Positions 6,628 through 11,254 of a stretch of DNA of 11,254 nucleotides are shown here, piece after piece. The position numbers were made by a program, and so were the translations under genes. The stretch's first letter is position 1. Every line of letters starts with the position of its first letter. The DNA is from Candidatus Fervidifonticultor quintus (GTDB lineage: Bacteria; Sysuimicrobiota; Sysuimicrobiia; Sysuimicrobiales; Humicultoraceae): assembly GCA_031459535.1 (NCBI GenBank), contig JAVKIJ010000090.1:1-11254 (forward strand), read 5' to 3'. The notes under the pieces are model-generated. The model saw nothing but the letters and a program-made list of their open reading frames with translations, was not told the origin of the DNA and ran no database searches.

Positions 6628-8043
6628 ATGCGCGCGCCGAAGATCGGCATCCTCACGTTCTCCGACGGCAGGCCGCACGTGCACCGCGAGCTGCTGTCGC
6701 TGACCCGCCAGTTCCAGGACCGCCTGGCCGCGCGGCTGCAGGCCATCGGGTGGGAGGTCGCCACCGGGCGTGAGATCATCTGGAACACCGACCAGGCCAC
6801 GAGCGAAGGCCGCTACCTCGCGGCCCAGGGCGTGGAGGCCACGATCTTCAACTATGCCATCTGGGCCTGGCCGCACTACTCCGCCATTGCCGCGCAGTTC
6901 GTGCCCGGGCCGATCCTGATGTTCAGCAACGTCAACCCGCAGTACCCCGGGCTGGTGGCGATGCTGGCCGCAGCCGGGAGCCTGGACCAGGTCGGGGCCT
7001 TCCACGGCCGTGTCTCGGGCGACATTGACGACGAGAAGGTCTTCGAGCGGGTGCTGCAGTTCCTGCGGCCGGCGGTGGCGAAGAACCGGCTGCGCGGCGA
7101 AGTCTACGGCGTCATCGGCGGCCGGTCCATGGGGATGTATACGGCGGTGCCGGCGCTGGACCACTGGCAGCGCCACTTCGGCATCGACATCGAGCACATC
7201 GACCAGTTCGAGATCGTGCGCCGAGCCCAGGCGGTCCCGGACAGCCGGGCGGATGCCGGCATCGCCTGGCTGCAGCGCCACGGGGCGACGATTCACTACG
7301 ACGGCGCCAAGCTGACCCCGCAGCTGTTGCGGCGCCAGATCAAGGCCTACCACGCGGTTCGCGAGCTCATCGACGAGTGGCGCCTGGACTTCTGCGGGAT
7401 CAAGGGGCAGCCCGAGATGACCAACCACTTCGCCACCATGGATGTGGCCGAGGCGTTCCTGAACGACCCGTACGACTGGGAGGGCCCACACGATCCGGTG
7501 GTCTGCGCCACCGAGGCGGACAGCGACGGTGCGCTGACCATGGAGGTCTTCAAGCACATTGCGCGCACCCCTGTGCTCTTCGCCGACGTGCGGCACTACG
7601 ACGCCGAAGAGAACATGTGGGACTTGGTGAACTCCGGCGCGCATGCCACATACTTTGCGGGTAAGTCGTTCGACCCCGCGGTCAACCTCAAGCACGTGCA
7701 CCTCTACCCGGCGATCATCTACTTCCCGGCCGGTGGCGCCTCCGTGATGCACATTGCGGCGCCTGGCGAGGTGACCCTGGCGCGGCTGGCCCGGCGCAAC
7801 GGCCGGTACTGGATGGCCATCGTGCCCGGCGAGTTCCTGCAGTTCTCCCCGGAGAAGGCGGCCGCCAAGGCCAGGGCCACCACACCCGAATGGCCGCACG
7901 CGTTCGCTAGGTTCAACGTGTCGGCCGAGGAGTTCCTCGGCGAGTACGACTCCAACCACATCCACGGCGTCTACGGCAACTACGTGGAGGACCTGGTGTG
8001 GTTCTGTAAGATGACCGGGATCGAGCCCCGGGTCTTCGCGTGA
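6628..8043 (+). CDS. fucI: L-fucose/D-arabinose isomerase family protein, short form (471 aa)
   Basis: KGQPEMTNHFATMDVAEAFLNDPYDWEGPHDPVVCATEAD matches the FucI catalytic segment (Glu in AEAF, Asp in ATExD). Also VLFADVR, YFPAGGAS, GEVTLARL, TTPEWPHAF and metal-ligand His in SNHIH. Start moved to ATG 6628, with GGAGG at 6617-6621. Confidence 0.88.
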   Translation: MRAPKIGILTFSDGRPHVHRELLSLTRQFQDRLAARLQAIGWEVATGREIIWNTDQATSEGRYLAAQGVEATIFNYAIWAWPHYSAIAAQFVPGPILMFSNVNPQYPGLVAMLAAAGSLDQVGAFHGRVSGDIDDEKVFERVLQFLRPAVAKNRLRGEVYGVIGGRSMGMYTAVPALDHWQRHFGIDIEHIDQFEIVRRAQAVPDSRADAGIAWLQRHGATIHYDGAKLTPQLLRRQIKAYHAVRELIDEWRLDFCGIKGQPEMTNHFATMDVAEAFLNDPYDWEGPHDPVVCATEADSDGALTMEVFKHIARTPVLFADVRHYDAEENMWDLVNSGAHATYFAGKSFDPAVNLKHVHLYPAIIYFPAGGASVMHIAAPGEVTLARLARRNGRYWMAIVPGEFLQFSPEKAAAKARATTPEWPHAFARFNVSAEEFLGEYDSNHIHGVYGNYVEDLVWFCKMTGIEPRVFA

Positions 8044-8050
8044 GGACCTC

Positions 8051-9730
8051 GTGGCGACGCGCTACACGATCGGGGTAGACTTCGGCACCGAGTCGGTGCG
8101 GGCGGTGCTGGTCGACGTGGCCGACGGCCGCATCGCGACCACGGCGACCTATACCTATCCCCACGGTGTCATTGATCGCGCCTTGCCTGAGACCGAAGAA
8201 CGTCTGCCGCCCGACTGGGCGCTGCAGCACCCCGGCGACTGGATCGAGGCGCTGCAGACTCTACTGCGCTCCATGGCCGCTACAGCGCCGCAGCAGGCCA
8301 TCATCGGGATCGGCGTGGACTTCACGTCGTGCACCGTGATGCCCACCACGGCCGAGGGCGCGCCGCTGTGCCTGCTGCCCGAGTTCGCCAAGAACCCCAA
8401 CGCCTGGCCCAAGTTGTGGAAGCACCACGCGGCGCAGCCGTACGCGGACCGGATCAACGCCACCGCAGGCCGGCCAGGAGGAGAGTTCCTCCAGTGGTAC
8501 GGAGGGCGCACCTCGTCGGAGTGGTCCTGGGCCAAGGCCTGGCAGGTGCTGGCCGAGGCGCCGCAGGTCGCCACAACCGCCGCCCGCTGGATCGAGGGCG
8601 GCGACTGGATCGTCTGGGAGCTGCTGGGGGCGGAGGTACGCAGCGCCTGTCAGGCCGGGTACAAGGCGCACTGGCAGAAGGATGCGGGCTTTCCTCCCGC
8701 CTCTTACTGGGCGTCGCTGCACCCGGGGCTTGAGGCGTTCCTCGACAAGCTCGGGCCGACACCCCAGCCGGTCGGCGCCCGTGCCGGCGGTCTGTGCGAC
8801 GCCTGGGCGCGACGTACCGGGCTGCGGCCCGGGACCGCCGTGGCCGTGGCGGTGATTGACGCCCATGCCGGTGTGCCTGCGGTCGGCGTCTGCCGGCCCG
8901 GCCAGCTCGTCGCCATCATGGGCACGTCCACCTGCCACCTGCTCGTCGACCCGCACCGACGTGCCGTCCGGGGCATCTCGGGCGTCGTCGAAGATGGCAT
9001 ACTCCCGGGGCTCTTCGGCTACGAGGCCGGACAGGCCTCGGTGGGCGACATCTTTCAGTGGTTCGTGCGGAACGCGGTCCCGGCCGGGTACGCCTCGGGT
9101 GCCGGCGAAGGCGAGGCCGCCGTCTACGACCGGCTCGCAGCCGAGGCCGCGCGGCTGGCCCCGGGTGAGAACGGCCTGCTGGCCCTCGACTGGTGGAACG
9201 GCTGCCGCACGCCGCTGGTGGACGCCGAGTTGTCCGGGCTCATCGTGGGACTCACGGTGACGACCCAGCCCCACGAGATCTACCGCGCGCTCCTGGAGGC
9301 TGCGGCCTTCGGTACCCGGCGCGTCATCGAGACCTTTGAAGACGGCGGGGTGCCCGTGCACGAGGTCCACGCCTGCGGGGGGCTCGCCGAGCGCAATCCG
9401 CTGCTGCTGCAACTGACCGCCGACATTATCGGCCGCGAGGTGTTGGCTGCGGGAGTCCAGCATGCCTCTGCGGTGGGGTCGGCCATCTATGCCGCGGCCG
9501 CGGCGGGTGGGTCCGCGGGCGGCTACGACACCATGGACGAGGCCGTACGGCGCATGGGCGGCAAGGAGCGCGTGACGTATCGGCCTCGCCCCGCGGCCCA
9601 GCGCGTTTACGAAGGGCTCTATGGAGATTACCTGGCACTAGCCCGCTACTTTGGTGAAGGCGGGACCGGCATCATGAAGGAGCTGCGGGCACGGCGCAGG
9701 CACTACGCCGCCGGGGATACGTCGCCGTGA
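8051..9730 (+). CDS. araB: Ribulokinase (FGGY family, AraB/L-ribulokinase-like), 559 aa
   Basis: Contains IGVDFGTESVRA, ALQHPGDW, IGVDFTSCT, KLWKHHAAQ, YGGRTSSEW, AGYKA, IDAH, MGTSTCH, YEAGQ and LDWWNGCRTP. GTG start with a GAGGA RBS overlapping the isomerase TGA. Confidence 0.92.
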   Translation: MATRYTIGVDFGTESVRAVLVDVADGRIATTATYTYPHGVIDRALPETEERLPPDWALQHPGDWIEALQTLLRSMAATAPQQAIIGIGVDFTSCTVMPTTAEGAPLCLLPEFAKNPNAWPKLWKHHAAQPYADRINATAGRPGGEFLQWYGGRTSSEWSWAKAWQVLAEAPQVATTAARWIEGGDWIVWELLGAEVRSACQAGYKAHWQKDAGFPPASYWASLHPGLEAFLDKLGPTPQPVGARAGGLCDAWARRTGLRPGTAVAVAVIDAHAGVPAVGVCRPGQLVAIMGTSTCHLLVDPHRRAVRGISGVVEDGILPGLFGYEAGQASVGDIFQWFVRNAVPAGYASGAGEGEAAVYDRLAAEAARLAPGENGLLALDWWNGCRTPLVDAELSGLIVGLTVTTQPHEIYRALLEAAAFGTRRVIETFEDGGVPVHEVHACGGLAERNPLLLQLTADIIGREVLAAGVQHASAVGSAIYAAAAAGGSAGGYDTMDEAVRRMGGKERVTYRPRPAAQRVYEGLYGDYLALARYFGEGGTGIMKELRARRRHYAAGDTSP

Positions 9731-9832
9731 CCGGCGGTGTGGGGACGGTGATACGATCAGGCGGAGGGATGCGTTAGGGGGTGAGAAGCGCATTTTGCGG
9801 ATGCCTGGCAGAGTCCGATGGAGGTGAGGACA

Positions 9833-11143
9833 ATGGTAGGAATGGGAGCGACGTCGCGGGTGACGAGGCGCACCTTCATCAAGGGCGCTGCGGCCGCGGC
9901 GGCGAGCCTGGTGGTATCAGACCCGTGGTCGCGCACATTCGCCCAGGAACGGGTGATCACCCTCGACTACTACACGCTGTTCCACAGCGGTGATGCGGCG
10001 GCCATGGAACGCATCGTGCGCGCCTTCAACGCCGAGCACAAGACGGTGCGGCTCAACCTGCTGCAGGGGCAGTGGGCCGAGTACTACGCACAGCTCTTTG
10101 CCGCAGTCGGCGCGGGCAACGCGCCCCACATCGGCATCTGCCACAGCAGCCGCATCATGGATGTCTGGCGGGCGCTGACGCCGCTCGAAGAGTCCCGGGC
10201 GGGCAACCTGCTGGAGCTCGCCGACCTCAAGATGCGTGACTACACCAAGAACGTGTGGGACTCGGGCGTCTACCAGGGCAAGCGCTATCTTGTGCCGCTG
10301 GATTCCCACATGTGGGGCTTCTGGTACAACAAGGACCTGTTCCGGCAGGCGGGTCTCGACCCCGACAAGCCGCCGGAGACCCGGGACGAGTTCGAGCGCG
10401 CCGCCGACGCCATCAAGTCCCGGACGGGCAAGTTCGCGTTCCACCCCGCCGAGGACGCGCTGCCGCGTAAGATCCGGCGCGCCTGGGAGATCTTCTTCTG
10501 GGGCCAGGGCGGTGAACTGCTCACCCGGGACGGCCGGCGGGCCGCGTTCAACGATGAGCGCGGGCTGCGCGCCCTGGACTATCTTGTCGGCGTGATCCGC
10601 CGCGGCTGGAACCAGCCAGGCACCGACGGCTTCAAGCAGTTCGCCGCGGGCCAGCTCGGCATGCTCCTGGCGGGCAACTGGTACTTCCCGACCGCCAAGG
10701 AGAGCGGCGTCAACTTCGGCTTCCACTATGTGCCGAAGTTCTTCGACAAGCCAGTGACCTGGGGCGACAGCCACAACCTGGTGATCCCCCGGCAGCGGCC
10801 CGAGCGGACGAGCAACGAGATGCTCGTGGCTGCCATCAACGCCATCAAGTGGATCAACCGGCACTCCGACCTGTGGGGCATCTACGGCGGCCACATCCCG
10901 GCCTATCTGGCCGCGCAGCGAAGCGCCGACCTGCTCAAGTCCGATACCTGGCAGATCGCGCTGCGCAAGTTCGCCGATATGGCCAACCAGGGATGGGTCC
11001 ACTATCCACTCATCCACGAGAAGGCCCCGCAGGTCCACTCGGCCATCGAGCCGTACATCCAAGAGGCCTACAACGGCCGCCTCGCCCCCCGGGACGCGCT
11101 GGCCCGGGCGGAGGCGGAAGTCAACCGCGTGCTCGGGAGCTAG
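9833..11143 (+). CDS. Carbohydrate ABC transporter substrate-binding protein (family 1/CUT1) with Tat signal peptide, 436 aa
   Basis: Twin-arginine motif TRRTFIK, followed by an Ala-rich h-region and TFA-Q. Family-1 SBP motifs FNAEH, AGNAPHI, YQGKRYLVP, WYNKDLFRQAGLDPDKPPET, FAAGQLGM..AGNW and PRDALARAE. Start moved to ATG 9833 because GGAGGTGA lies at 9820-9827. Confidence 0.93.
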   Translation: MVGMGATSRVTRRTFIKGAAAAAASLVVSDPWSRTFAQERVITLDYYTLFHSGDAAAMERIVRAFNAEHKTVRLNLLQGQWAEYYAQLFAAVGAGNAPHIGICHSSRIMDVWRALTPLEESRAGNLLELADLKMRDYTKNVWDSGVYQGKRYLVPLDSHMWGFWYNKDLFRQAGLDPDKPPETRDEFERAADAIKSRTGKFAFHPAEDALPRKIRRAWEIFFWGQGGELLTRDGRRAAFNDERGLRALDYLVGVIRRGWNQPGTDGFKQFAAGQLGMLLAGNWYFPTAKESGVNFGFHYVPKFFDKPVTWGDSHNLVIPRQRPERTSNEMLVAAINAIKWINRHSDLWGIYGGHIPAYLAAQRSADLLKSDTWQIALRKFADMANQGWVHYPLIHEKAPQVHSAIEPYIQEAYNGRLAPRDALARAEAEVNRVLGS

Positions 11144-11254
11144 GAGCCCGTCCCGGAAATGGCGTCGAGATGAGATGCTATGAGACCTGACCTGCTTGTG
11201 AAGCGAGTACCAGGCCAGGAAAGCTCTTGGGCCGGGATCATCCCGTGCTCACCC

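Noticed and set aside
9731-9832. Possible third operator or internal promoter before the sugar SBP (TGATACGATCA; GGAGGGAT...GAGAAG)
   Set aside because: It lacks the AACGTT core of O1/O2, and the promoter-like spacing does not match the other candidates.
6604-11062. Long minus-strand ORFs 6604..7965, 8261..9463 and 9917..11062
   Set aside because: Each lies antisense to a well-supported gene and shows no family motifs.
11180-11254. Open frame MRPDLLVKRVPGQESSWAGIIPCSP running off the right edge, with small nearby hairpins and TGAGA pentamers
   Set aside because: It has no convincing RBS, is too short to judge, and the repeats and hairpins are weak.
1-11254. CRISPR array, tRNA/rRNA, IS element or defence system
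   Set aside because: No regularly spaced repeats, transposase/integrase/nuclease motifs or RNA-gene signatures were seen. Nearly all of the sequence is explained by metabolic, transport and regulatory genes.

Overview
High-GC bacterial chromosomal window holding two nutrient-scavenging modules. Left, minus strand: an Lrp/AsnC regulator followed by a nickel/peptide-type (Opp/Dpp family) ABC binding protein and two permeases with no adjacent ATPase. After an oppositely oriented ~145-aa acidic hypothetical gene comes the 5' part of a probable PA-domain M28-type peptidase that runs off the window edge and is absent from the ORF track. Right: a LacI-family repressor divergent from an operon encoding a short (471-aa) L-fucose/D-arabinose-isomerase-family protein, an AraB-type ribulokinase and a Tat-exported family-1 sugar-binding protein. 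Two LacI-type operators lie in the divergent region. The FucI-like plus AraB-like pairing, with no aldolase or epimerase in the window, suggests a direct D-arabinose (or other rare sugar) route into the pentose phosphate pathway; this is an inference. No RNA genes, CRISPR arrays or mobile elements were recognised. Family calls come from motif recognition by eye, not from database searches.
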